A stretch of DNA of 16,805 nucleotides from Octopus sinensis (GCF_006345805.1 NW_021825072.1:1-16805), one strand, 5' to 3'; positions 1 to 9,570 are shown, numbered from the stretch's first letter. The notes: a model not told the origin generated them from the letters alone. Numbers and translations: made by a program.

Positions 1-130
1 CATCTACGCACGACACACCCAAATCATCTCAAAAGCCGAATGCGTCAATTGCAGCTCAAATTGTTTATGAAGGTCGAGGTTAAAACCTGACGGACTCACA
101 CACAGTGTTATTTTAGTAATATAGAGATAC

Positions 131-218
131 TTATACAGACACACACACACACACACATATATTTATATATATGTGTGTGTGTGTGTACATATATATATAT
201 ATGTGTGTGTATGTATAC

Positions 219-262
<44 letters not shown>

Positions 263-392
263 ATACATATATATGTGTGTATATATATATATATATATGA
301 ATATATATATATATATATATATGTGCGCACATGTATATAAGCATACATACATATATCCATTTATTCACACACACACACACACACACACACAT
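131..392. repeat. Compound (AC)n/(AT)n/(GT)n microsatellite
   Basis: Alternating dinucleotide runs seen directly; overlapping ORFs are just CV/YI/HT repeats. Confidence 0.97.
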
Positions 393-461
393 GTATCGTG
401 TTTTATGTGAAGCTTGTTATGTTATGCTACGCTGTGTTGTTATGTTATGATGATTATATAT

Positions 462-465
<4 letters not shown>

Positions 466-502
<37 letters not shown>
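466..502. repeat. (AC)n microsatellite
   Basis: Pure CA run. Confidence 0.97.
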
Positions 503-505
<3 letters not shown>

Positions 506-957
506 GTATAATGGTGTATACCGGTGTTTATTTGGTAACATTAGAAGTGTTAATCACTTCAGGGTGACTGACAACTTGGCGTGTTGCTTGTGAAACAGAT
601 AGCGATTATATATATTAATGCGGTGCATGTGAAGTCGGGCATTTTTTTTTGTTGATATGATCTCAACAATCGCCACTGCCATCGCCGCCACCACTATCAC
701 GACCGTCACCACCACCACTACCACTACCACGATAGATGGCATCGTCATCACCACCATTATCTTCATCAGATAAACTTCGTCGCCGTCTCCCCACTTTCCC
801 CCCGCATATCACGATGCACGTTGTCGATGTACTTTTCGGTTGTCGCAGTCGTCACGGTTGGTCAACAAACGTCACATTGTCATCTTTCTCCCCCCCCCTA
901 AGTCCTTCCCTCCCTCCTTTACCTCCTCCGCATCCACATCTACATCATCAACACCTA

Positions 958-1037
958 TATCATCTTCATCATCATCATCACCAACATCATAATCATCACC
1001 ATCATCTCCGCCGCCACCATCACCACCACCACTATCC

Positions 1038-1073
<36 letters not shown>

Positions 1074-1217
1074 CCACCACCACTACCATCATCATCGTTA
1101 TCATCACCATCATCATCACCACCACCACTATCATCATCATCATCACCATCACCACCACCAACATCATCATCTACATCAACATCATCACCAACATCATAAT
1201 CCTTACCATCATGTCCG

Positions 1218-1250
<33 letters not shown>

Positions 1251-1302
1251 TCACCACCGCTACCATCATCATCATTATCATCATCACTATCACCATCATC
1301 AC
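958..1302. repeat. (CAT/CAC)n trinucleotide microsatellite
   Basis: Long imperfect CAT/CAC array; explains the poly-His (+) and poly-Met/Val (-) ORFs. Confidence 0.95.
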
Positions 1303-1358
1303 CCTAATTTAGCACTGGAGTCAATGTAATCTGTCCAGAAATTGCTAAAAAGTGAAAT

Positions 1359-1476
1359 GAATCGTTAGCACGCCGGACAAAAATGTTTAGTAGTATTTCG
1401 TCCGTCTTTAACTGTACCGGGGTCAATAAAATGAATACCAGTTCAGTACTGGAGTCGATTGCCTTGTGCCAAAATT
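1359..1476 (+). mobile_element. SINE family A fragment, internally deleted
   Basis: aatcgttagcacgccgg head and ggggtcaataaaatgaataccag body match the fuller copies at 3969 and 12658. Confidence 0.75.
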
Positions 1477-1479
1477 AGT

Positions 1480-1836
1480 GCTTACCAACCACATGGTTCC
1501 GAGTTCATTCCCACTGCGTGGCACCTTGGGCAAGTTTCTTCTGCTATAGCCTCGGGCCGACCAAAGCCTTGTGAGTCGATTTGGTAGGCGGAAACTGAAA
1601 GAAGCCCGTTGTATATACGTATATATGTGTCTGTGTGTATGTTTATGTGTCTGTGTTTGTTACCCCAACATTGCTTGACAACCGATGCTTAGCGGTTCGG
1701 CAATAGAGACCGATAGAATAAGTACTAGGCTTACAAAGAATATGTCCTGGAGTCAATTCGCTCGACTAAAGTGGGTGCTCCAGCATGGCCGCAGTCAAAT
1801 GACTGAAACAACTAAAAGAATAATAGAATAAAAGAA
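1480..1836 (+). mobile_element. SINE family B (tRNA head, CORE-like segment, internal microsatellite, RTE-like 3' end), slightly 5'-truncated
   Basis: ggttccgagttcattccc B-box, gtggcaccttgggcaag CORE-like motif, 3' gcatggccgcagtcaaatgactgaaac plus aagaat tail; homologous to copies at 2316-3047, 8830-9054, 12499, 13434. Domain names are from recall, not alignment. Confidence 0.85.
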
Positions 1837-2315
1837 TAATTTGCATAATTATTTGTCATCATCATCATCATCAGCATTATCATTACCATCGTGATCGTAA
1901 TCTCGTTGCCATTATCCTAATCCGCGTTGTCGTTGTTAATATCATTATCACAAATTTAGCCGACACCATCGCCATGGTCGTCTAGGTTGTCATCAATATC
2001 GTCATGGATGCTGGCTTGTTACTGTCATCATCACCAATAACATCTTCATCAACATGAAAATAACAATTTCTGTCACTGGACTCCTATTTTTATTGATTCA
2101 AGTGTTGGTTCGTATGTCTTTTCTGATGTAACAAAATATAAGCGTATTCCAATATCACTGAAATAAAGTACTGTAATAGATACGTAGGAATAGATACGTA
2201 GATGCTGCCTGTAATAGATACGTAGGATAACTGACGAGCGACAGCAGTAAATCAGATACAATTATATACGATGCTGTCGGGAAATTCCAAGCTCTGAATG
2301 CAAGCGTCCCATGTA

Positions 2316-2529
2316 TACTCTTTACTCTTTTACTTGTTTCAGTCATTTGACTGTGGCCATGCTGGAGCACCACCTTTAGTCGAGCAAATCGAACCAGGAC
2401 TTATTCTTTGTAAGCCTTGTACTTATTCCATTGGTGCCTTTTGCCGAACCGCTAAGTTGCGGGCAAGTAAACACACCACCATCGGCTGTCAAGCGATGTT
2501 GGGTAGACGGAAGCTGAAAGAAGCCCGTC

Positions 2530-2573
<44 letters not shown>

Positions 2574-2842
2574 ATATATATGTATGTATGTATGTGTGTG
2601 TATATGTTTGTGTGTCTGAGTTTGCCCCCCACTCCCCAACATCGCTTGACAACCGATGCTGGTGTGTTTACGTACACGTAATTTAGCGGTTCGGCAAAAG
2701 AAACCGATAGAATAAGTACTAGACTTACAAAGAATATGTCCTGGGGTCGATTTGATCGAGTAAAAGCGGTGCTCCAGCATGGCCACAGTCAAATAACTGA
2801 AACAAGCAAAAGAGTAAAGAATAAGAGTACACACACATACAT

Positions 2843-2886
<44 letters not shown>

Positions 2887-3047
2887 GATGGGCTTTTTTC
2901 AGTTTCTGTCTACCAAATCCCCTCAAAAGGTCTTGGTCGGCCCGAGGATACATTAGAAGGCACTTGCCCAATATGTCACGCAGTGGGACTGAACCCGGAA
3001 CCATGCGGTTGGGAAGCAAGCTCCTTACCACACAGCCACGCCTGCGC
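2316..3047 (-). mobile_element. SINE family B, near full-length, interrupted by an opposite-strand copy
   Basis: 3' half at 2316-2503 and 5' half at 2830-3047, both reverse-complement matches to the family. Confidence 0.87.
2500..2829 (+). mobile_element. SINE family B, 5'-truncated, nested inside the minus-strand copy
   Basis: Runs ggtagacggaagctgaaagaagcccgtcg-(TA)n through gactgaaacaagcaaaagagtaaagaataagagta. Confidence 0.87.
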
Positions 3048-3319
3048 ACTATTTCTCGTGGAACTCTTAGCGACATTTAGGGAGAAACTTGGTAAAGTTT
3101 GACTCCCAAAATGTCCTTCGCCGAGCAGACCTGGGTTTAAGGCCCTGCAAGTTCTGTCGAGCCAGTTTGTTCAGTGCCATACCCAGTACAACGTTACTCA
3201 ATAAGTCCATTGTTTTTTTAAGTCGGTGGTGTGAGAATTGAGTGACAGATGACAGCAGCTTCTTCTAGCAGGCGGAGGGACTATGTAGAGGCTCCATCGA
3301 TGGCTTGATGGAAAGACAG

Positions 3320-3648
3320 TGAAGGCGCGTGGCTTAGTGGTTAGGGCATTTGGCTCACGATTGTAAGGTCGTGAGTTCGTATCCAAGCGACGCGTTGTGT
3401 CCTTGAGCAAGACACTTTATTTCATGTTGCTCCAGTCCACTCAGCTGGCAAAAATGAGTTGTACCTGCATTTCAAAGGGCCGGCCTTGTCACACTGTGCG
3501 TCAAGCTGAATCTCCCTGAGAACTACGTTAAGGGTACACGTGTCTGTGGAGTGCTCAGCCACTTGCACGTTAATTTCACGAGCAGGCTGTTCTGTTGATC
3601 GTATCAGCTGGGACCCTCGTCGTCGTAACCGACGGAGTGCTCCTTTTA
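3320..3648 (+). mobile_element. SINE family C, full length, 13-bp TSD
   Basis: A-box ggcttagtggttagg, B-box-like gagttcgtatcc, gttgtgtccttgagcaagacactt domain; TSD GATGGAAAGACAG at 3307-3319 and 3649-3661. Confidence 0.9.
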
Positions 3649-3910
3649 GATGGAAAGACAGCTGTTATTATTGTTACCGTTTTTGTTGTTGTTGTACTGG
3701 TTGTTTCCTTCCTAATCCAGATCAGCTCAAATCAAACTCATTTATGCTTCATACGGGAGGGTAATAATAACCAAGTTAATATTATGCAATCGACCTTTTC
3801 TTTATTCAAAATGATAAACTCAGTTTGAGGAACACTTGCGTACTATTTTTAGCAGTTCGAGTGATCATGTGTTTGTTTTTCTTGTAGTTGTTAATACTTA
3901 ATCCCAGGAA

Positions 3911-4274
3911 AGCGGCGATCTGGCGGAATCTTTATCACACCGGGAAAAAGGATTAGCGGCATTTTGTAATAAGGGCGGCGAGCTGGCAGAATCGTTCGCA
4001 CGCCGGGCGAAATGCATAGCCGTATTTCGACTGTCGTCACGTTGTGAGTTCAAATTCCGCCGAGGTCGACTTTGCCTTTCATCCTTTCGGGGTCGATAAA
4101 TTAAGTACCAGTTACGCACTTGGGTCGATGTAATCGACTTAATACATATGTCTGTCCTTGTTTGTCCCCTCTATGTTTAGCCCCTTGTGGGTAATAAAGA
4201 AATAGGCATTTTGTACGTCTACGTTCTGAGTTCAAACTCCGCTGAGGTCGACTTTGCCATTCACCCTTTCGGGT
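3911..4274 (+). mobile_element. Older SINE family A copy hosting a nested insertion
   Basis: Diverged head 3911-3968 resumes at 4205 with cgttctgagttcaaactccgctgaggtcgactttgcc. Confidence 0.8.
3969..4204 (+). mobile_element. SINE family A (tRNA head, Meta/MESC-like central domain), full length, 11-bp TSD
   Basis: ggcggcgagctggcagaatcg...gagttcaaattcc...gcctttcatcctttcggggtcgataaa; TSD GGCATTTTGTA at 3958-3968 and 4205-4215. Meta/MESC label is from recall. Confidence 0.9.
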
Positions 4275-4351
4275 GAATTTGGCTGCCCTTTCTAGCAGTA
4301 AAGGACTCCTATTAGATAGATAAAGAGATTTGAGCAAGATATTTTATTTCT

Positions 4352-4545
4352 TGCTGCTCCAGTCCACTCAGCTGGCAAGAATGAGTAGTACCTGTATTTC
4401 AAAAGGGCCAGCCTTGTCATATTCTGAATCTCCCTTTGAATAACGTTTAGAGTACGCGTGTCTGTGGAACATTCAGGCACTTGCATGTTAATTTCACGAG
4501 TAGGGTGTTCCGTTGATCAGATCAACTGGAACCTTCGTCGTAAGC
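4352..4545 (+). mobile_element. SINE family C, 5'-truncated diverged copy
   Basis: gctccagtccactcagctggc...ttaatttcacgag...gttgatc matches 3425-3630. Confidence 0.82.
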
Positions 4546-4642
4546 GAGTGACAATTTTAAAAGCTTGATGCTCTACCGATTGAACTATTCATAATTTTAC
4601 ATTATACACGCGACATATTCAGGAAAGCTGGGAAACATTTTT

Positions 4643-5086
4643 GGATCTTTTCGGTTTGAACGGCAATTTTTTAAAAATAATTTCCACGTAACTAAACACT
4701 TTTCAACTTCGTATACTGGTAGAATGTGTTTATAAAACATCTTTTTCTCTTGGCTTTATTGAGAAAATTCTATAGTTTGTAAGATATTTGTTGTTTTTTC
4801 TTCAATTTCTGCAATTTCAACCAATCAATGACGTCTATTGAGGTGAAAACAACATGTGCTGTATGAATATGTCACTCGTTTAAGAAACAGATTGGGTTTA
4901 TTAACATTTGTGAAGAAAAAAAGATACCCTTCACCCCACCCCTAACCCTAACCCTAACTAACCCTAATTCTAACCCTAGCCCTAAAACAGATTGAAATGC
5001 AATAGATCGATACTAGGGTCATAATTATGGGTGACAATTTCATATGACACCGCTAGAAAAAACTGCCGTTCAAACCGAAAAGATCC
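4643..5086 (+). mobile_element. MITE copy 1 (Merlin-like non-autonomous DNA transposon), no TSD
   Basis: TIRs GGATCTTTTCGGTTTGAACGGCA(A/G)TTTTTT at both ends; internal (CCCTAA)n at 4940-4985; flanks ACATTTTT and GACTCTAG do not match. Confidence 0.9.
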
Positions 5087-5238
5087 GACTCTAGTACTTG
5101 ATTGGTACTTATGTTATCGACCCCGAAAGGATGAAAGGCAATTCGATCTCACCAAAATTTGAACTCAAAGCGTAAAGATGGACGAAATGCCGCTAAGCAT
5201 TTTTCATCGGTGTGCTAACGATGCTGCTAGCTCGCCGT
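5087..5238 (-). mobile_element. SINE family A, diverged
   Basis: ttatcgaccccgaaaggatgaaaggc...tttgaactc...gtgctaacgatgctgctagctcgcc is the reverse complement of the family. Confidence 0.8.
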
Positions 5239-5297
5239 TTTTATCGACACCAAAAGTAATGGTTTCTATTTCTGGAACAGGAGCAGCAGTTTGGATT

Positions 5298-5456
5298 AAA
5301 TCGACCAAGGTGCTCAACTGAATCTCATTTTATCGACTTCGGAAGGATGAAAGGCAAAGCCGAACTCGGGGAGATTTAAACACAAAATGTAAAGACGGAT
5401 GAAATACGGCTAAGCATTTTGCGCAGCATGCTAAGGAGTCTGCCAGCTGGTCGCCT
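5298..5456 (-). mobile_element. SINE family A, diverged
   Basis: ttttatcgacttcggaaggatgaaaggcaaag...tgccagctggtcgcc. Confidence 0.8.
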
Positions 5457-5545
5457 TTGGTGTTTCAAATATTATTACCGTAGTCTCGAAGCTCCTGGAA
5501 AGAAAAAAACAAACATAGAAAAACTCCTGAAGAATATGTCAAACA

Positions 5546-5932
5546 TACATACCTACATACATACATACATACATACATACATACATAAATACATGCTTGC
5601 ATACGTACATACATACATACATACATACATACATACATACATACATACATGCTTGCATACATACATACATACATACATACATGCTTGCATACATACATAC
5701 ATACATACTACATACATACATACCATACATACATACATACATACTACATGCTTGCATACATATACTACATACATACATACATACCATAAATACATGCATA
5801 CATACATACATACATACATACATACATACATACTTGCTACATACATACATACATACATACATACATACATACATAAATACATGCTTGCATACATACATAC
5901 ATAGATACATACGTACATACATACGTACATGC
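5546..5932. repeat. (TACA)n tetranucleotide microsatellite with TGCT/TGCA interruptions
   Basis: Seen directly; explains HTYI/MYVC ORFs. Confidence 0.96.
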
Positions 5933-6089
5933 ATGCGTGTTTTTTTGGTTGTGAGTCCAACGTTTTGTTGAACGTTGGAAAATTTTTCTATTGGAATTGT
6001 TGTTTATTGTTGAACATTTTTGTGATTTTTCCCGGTGACGGAAGAAGGTAATTGTTGAAATATTGAAATTATTAATATTATTAATATTG

Positions 6090-6500
6090 AATTTATTAAA
6101 GCCGTTGTAGCCTTTATTGTTGTGCCCCCCGCCCCACAGCGGGGGTGGGATTTGAACTGTTATCCTCATTAACAGGAAAAAATATTATAGGTTTCCCGTT
6201 TTTTGGGATAAGCAATTTATTATTGTGAAAAAAATTAAATTTTAGCCGTTGTAGACTCTATTGTGGCATCCGCCCCTAGCGTGGGCGAAATTTGAACTGT
6301 TGTCCTCGTTGTGAGGAAAAAAATATTATAGGTTTCCCGTTTTTGGAATACTATATATTTATTACTGTGTGAAAAATTTAATTTCGAACGTTGTAGGCTT
6401 TGTTGCTCCGTCTCACCCTCAGCAGGGGTGGGATTTGAACTGTTGTCCTCTTTAAGAGGGAAAAAATGTTTAAAATTATAGGTTTCCCTTTGTCTGGGAT
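6090..6500 (+). repeat. Three diverged ~143-bp tandem monomers
   Basis: CGTTGTAG at 6103/6247/6389; TTTGAACTGTT at 6151/6291/6434; TATAGGTTTCCC at 6186/6327/6477. Confidence 0.85.
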
Positions 6501-6531
6501 TGAATTGTGTTTCATTTATTTCGAATGAAAT

Positions 6532-6970
6532 ATGTCGGTCGAAGTAATTCAAGAAACTAACCAGCTGCATGAGCCAGCAAAAAAGTTCGCGGCAGTAGCC
6601 GCTGTATCGTGTAAAAATGTTGTAATAGAAACGGAGAAGTCCTTCGAGCTTTTTGAGAGAATGAAAGAGGAGGGTGGGGACATAAAGATCTCACCCTCCC
6701 CTAGTGTTGAAAATATGAAGACAAGGACAGTCGTTTACAAAACGTACTGCCCTTCATCGAAAAAATTTCAAGCACTTCGAAAAGCGCGAAATGAAAAAAT
6801 GCATGGCCCCTATATGGAAAGATATAAAATAAATAGCGAGGGGCCAAGCATATGGAAGAATAGAGGCCCGATTTGAGACGGCCGAAAAAGCCCAAGAGCA
6901 CTCAGTGAGTCCTCTGAAAACGAAGGAGGTGGTGCTGCTCCCAACATACATGGGAAGGCGAACAGACATT
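6532..6970 (+). pseudogene. Possible ORF1 remnant of the adjacent LINE
   Basis: Non-repetitive open frame (KKFAAVAAVS...KTRTVVYKTY) directly upstream of and co-oriented with the endonuclease remnant; identity rests on position only. Confidence 0.4.
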
Positions 6971-6971
6971 A

Positions 6972-7550
6972 GTGGTGCTAGAAGACTTTAACGCTATTGT
7001 TGATGCGCGCATCGCTAGCGTTGGCTCGATCTATAGGAATGTAAACTCACGTCTCGTTGATCTGCTCAAGCGGTTTCAGCTGGTAGATCGTAATAGACTT
7101 GACCATCCGAATGTCCCAGAGCGGACCTGGATGAGTGGCGACGGAAGGTTCAAGTACTATTTAGATAGGATAGTGATAAGAACTGGAGATAAGTCTAGTT
7201 TTAGCTGTCCACAGCTTGTCCAAGTAGCTTACACTGACCATAGAATGGTTAAGTGTAGACTGGACATAGATAGTACAGTTAAGTGAGGATTCGGCTACTG
7301 GAAGCTGAACAAGTAGCCGGATTGAGGAATTAGTACTGAGGGCGCTAACCGGCGCGGCGGTTTATAACCGATGGTGGTTCGCCCTCAAGAGAGCCATTCG
7401 CTTTGAGTCTATTAGGTTTAGCCGTCAGCTAAGACTAGATAAGGCCAGAATAGAAGGGCAACTAGTTAAGAACCTAGAGGAGGCGTTGAGGTTGGGCTCT
7501 GCATCTCACATTTTGGCAACGAGAACGGCCTTGGACCGCAGAAACCATGC
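6972..7550 (+). pseudogene. Decayed L1/Tx1-clade LINE ORF2 fragment (C-terminal half of APE-like endonuclease plus following region)
   Basis: Motifs VLEDFNA (GDFN), RTW, YLDRI, TDH (SDH), then past a stop GYWKLN (7293-7310); after a frameshift RWWFALKRAIRFESIRFSRQL. No RT domain follows. Confidence 0.85.
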
Positions 7551-7814
7551 ATGGTCTAGGATAATAAGGTAAAAGTTTTTATTTTTCAATCACTTTCGGA
7601 ATTACAACAATTAGTGGGTTGGAGTTTAACTGCTCTTTCTAGTGAGTCAGATATCCTATTTTGGGGGGTATCTCTTATTCTTCTCTGAATAATGTGTAGT
7701 CTATTGACTAAACTTTTTTCCTCCTCGCTAGACCACTGGTAACTAAGAAGTTTTTCGATGTGGTGTACAAAACAAACAGATGTATTAGTATAACGCTCAG
7801 GAATATAAAAAAGT

Positions 7815-7850
7815 CTTTTACGTTTCGAGCCTACGCTCTTCTACAGAAAG
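7815..7850 (-). ncRNA. Degenerate minimal type I hammerhead ribozyme motif (Penelope-type)
   Basis: Minus strand CTTT-CTGTAGA-A-GAGC-GTAG-GCTC-GAA-ACGT-A-AAAG: stem I CTTT/AAAG, stem II GAGC/GCTC, palindromic ACGT stem III, GUA triplet; core A6 is T. Confidence 0.6.
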
Positions 7851-7929
7851 GGAGACAGAAAAAACAAGGAAGAAACAAGGAGAGAAAAAATGTGTAGTGG
7901 CTAACGATCTATCATAATGATTCATCATA

Positions 7930-7930
7930 C

Positions 7931-7971
<41 letters not shown>

Positions 7972-8056
7972 CACACACGCGGATATACATACGAAAATAT
8001 TTCCCCTCTTTTTATAAAAATGTGTGTTTGTATATGAGAGTGCGTGTGCGTATTTG

Positions 8057-8101
<45 letters not shown>

Positions 8102-8130
8102 CTATATACACACACGCACACACACACGTA

Positions 8131-8184
<54 letters not shown>

Positions 8185-8435
8185 ACAAACACATATAGAA
8201 TGTATGTTTGCACGTGTGCGTTTGAATATGTATCTATCAACCTATCAATCTATCTATATATGTATGCTTAAGTGTCAACAACCTTATATGCGTGTGTGTG
8301 CGCATTTATGTACAAACACACACACACACACACACATACACACACACATATATATATATATATATATGCACACAAACACACACACACAAACACACACACA
8401 CACACACACACACCACACACACACACACACACACA
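7930..8435. repeat. Cluster of (TA)n and (CA)n microsatellites
   Basis: Seen directly. Confidence 0.95.
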
Positions 8436-8829
8436 GAAAAGGCTGTTGACACGCATACACTCCCAAACGGAATCTCGTGTTTGTTTTGTGTGACCCTCTT
8501 ATCTTATCGGACATGTTTCATTGAGAAACTTCCACTATTAACTTTCAATACATCGTCAACATTGAATGTCAATTGTGTTTGTTGTTCTTCTTTATTTACT
8601 TTATTTACTTTTTATTCTCGTCTTATCTTTACTTTTCTCTTCTACTGCTTTTCATCTATATTTATCCGATAAACTTCCCCTTTGCACCTAGAACTCACTT
8701 CCATCTGCCTTGGCTTGGTGTGAGAGCGTACATCGACCCACATAACAGCCAATGTTTCCTACAACCTCATGCTAACAAGCTTATGGAAAACACCTCCGAT
8801 ATCTTTTTACCATTTATATCGTTTATCAT

Positions 8830-9054
8830 TGACTTGTTTCAATCATTGGACTGCGGTTATGCTGGGGCACCACCTTGAAAGATTTTAGTCGGACTATTCG
8901 ACACCCACCTCATCAGTTTCTGTTTACCAAATCCACTCACAAGACTTTGGTCGGCTCGAGGTTATAGCTGGAGACACTTGCCCACACAGTGGGACTGATC
9001 CCAGAACCATGTGGTTGGGAAGCAAGTTTCTTACCGTGCAGCCACTCCTGCGCC
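8830..9054 (-). mobile_element. SINE family B, internally deleted
   Basis: 3' remnant cttgtttcaatcattggactgcgg at ~8833 and 5' part tcagtttctgtttaccaaatccactcac...cagccactcctgcgcc. Confidence 0.8.
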
Positions 9055-9094
9055 TGTATATATATGCATATGTGTGTGTGTGTGTGTATATATA

Positions 9095-9140
<46 letters not shown>

Positions 9141-9143
<3 letters not shown>

Positions 9144-9397
9144 AGACCACCTTCGGTCATGACTGACCATGGGATTACACCTAAAAAGTTACCCTCCTGG
9201 GCACAAGTCCGTGGGCAAGGTCGTTTATGGAAGACCAGCAGTCGCCCATGCATACTGGCCTCTCCATGCCACCAGTGTTATCCAAGGGAAAGGCAATGGC
9301 CGATACAGCTTGGCACCCGTGACCTCGCAACTCATTCCACAGCTGAGTGCACTGGAGCAAAGTGAAATAAAGTGTCTTGCTCAAGTACACAACACGC
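9141..9397 (-). mobile_element. SINE sharing the family C central domain but with a different 3' body
   Basis: Reverse complement gcgtgttgtgtacttgagcaagacactttatttcactttgctccagtgcactcagctg...aatgagttg matches 3385-3460, then diverges. Confidence 0.7.
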
Positions 9398-9401
9398 AGG
9401 A

Positions 9402-9570
9402 AGGGGATAAGTCGATAACATCGACCCCAGTATTCAACTGGTACTTAATTTATCGACTCCGAAAGGATGAAAGGAAAAGTCGACCTCGGCGGAATTTGAA
9501 CTCAGAACGTAGTGATGGGCGAAATAACGCTAAGCATTTCGTCCGGCGTGCTAACGTTTCTGCCAGCTCG
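9402..9570 (-). mobile_element. SINE family A
   Basis: ggggataagtcgat...ggcggaatttgaactcagaacgt...tctgccagctcg. Confidence 0.87.

Noticed and set aside
736-1329. 197-aa His-rich ORF
   Set aside because: It is the translation of a (CAT/CAC)n microsatellite; stop-free frames are expected and no domain is present.
2298-3080. ORFs of 95-158 aa such as 2376-2852
   Set aside because: They lie within SINE B copies; the same pseudo-peptides recur wherever the SINE does.
3050-3300. GC-richer unique segment as a possible coding or LINE remnant
   Set aside because: Short frames with stops and no recognisable motif on either strand.
3320-3390. tRNA-like sequence as a functional tRNA gene
   Set aside because: It is the head of a TSD-flanked SINE and lacks a matching 3' acceptor strand.
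4940-4985. (CCCTAA)n as a true telomere or chromosome-fusion scar
   Set aside because: Short, degenerate and at a fixed position inside each MITE copy.
5419-5971. Several long HTYI/MYVC ORFs (also 108-410, 7818-8514, 14266-15513, 15969-16262)
   Set aside because: Microsatellite translations in multiple frames on both strands.
8585-8720. Long polypyrimidine tract ending in AG at 8690-8691 as a splice acceptor
   Set aside because: No convincing donor or recognisable peptide follows; T-rich low-complexity DNA is common here.
8880-8920. CTGATGAG on the minus strand as a hammerhead core
   Set aside because: Followed by GAAT rather than GAAA, has almost no stem II, and sits at a deletion junction in SINE B.
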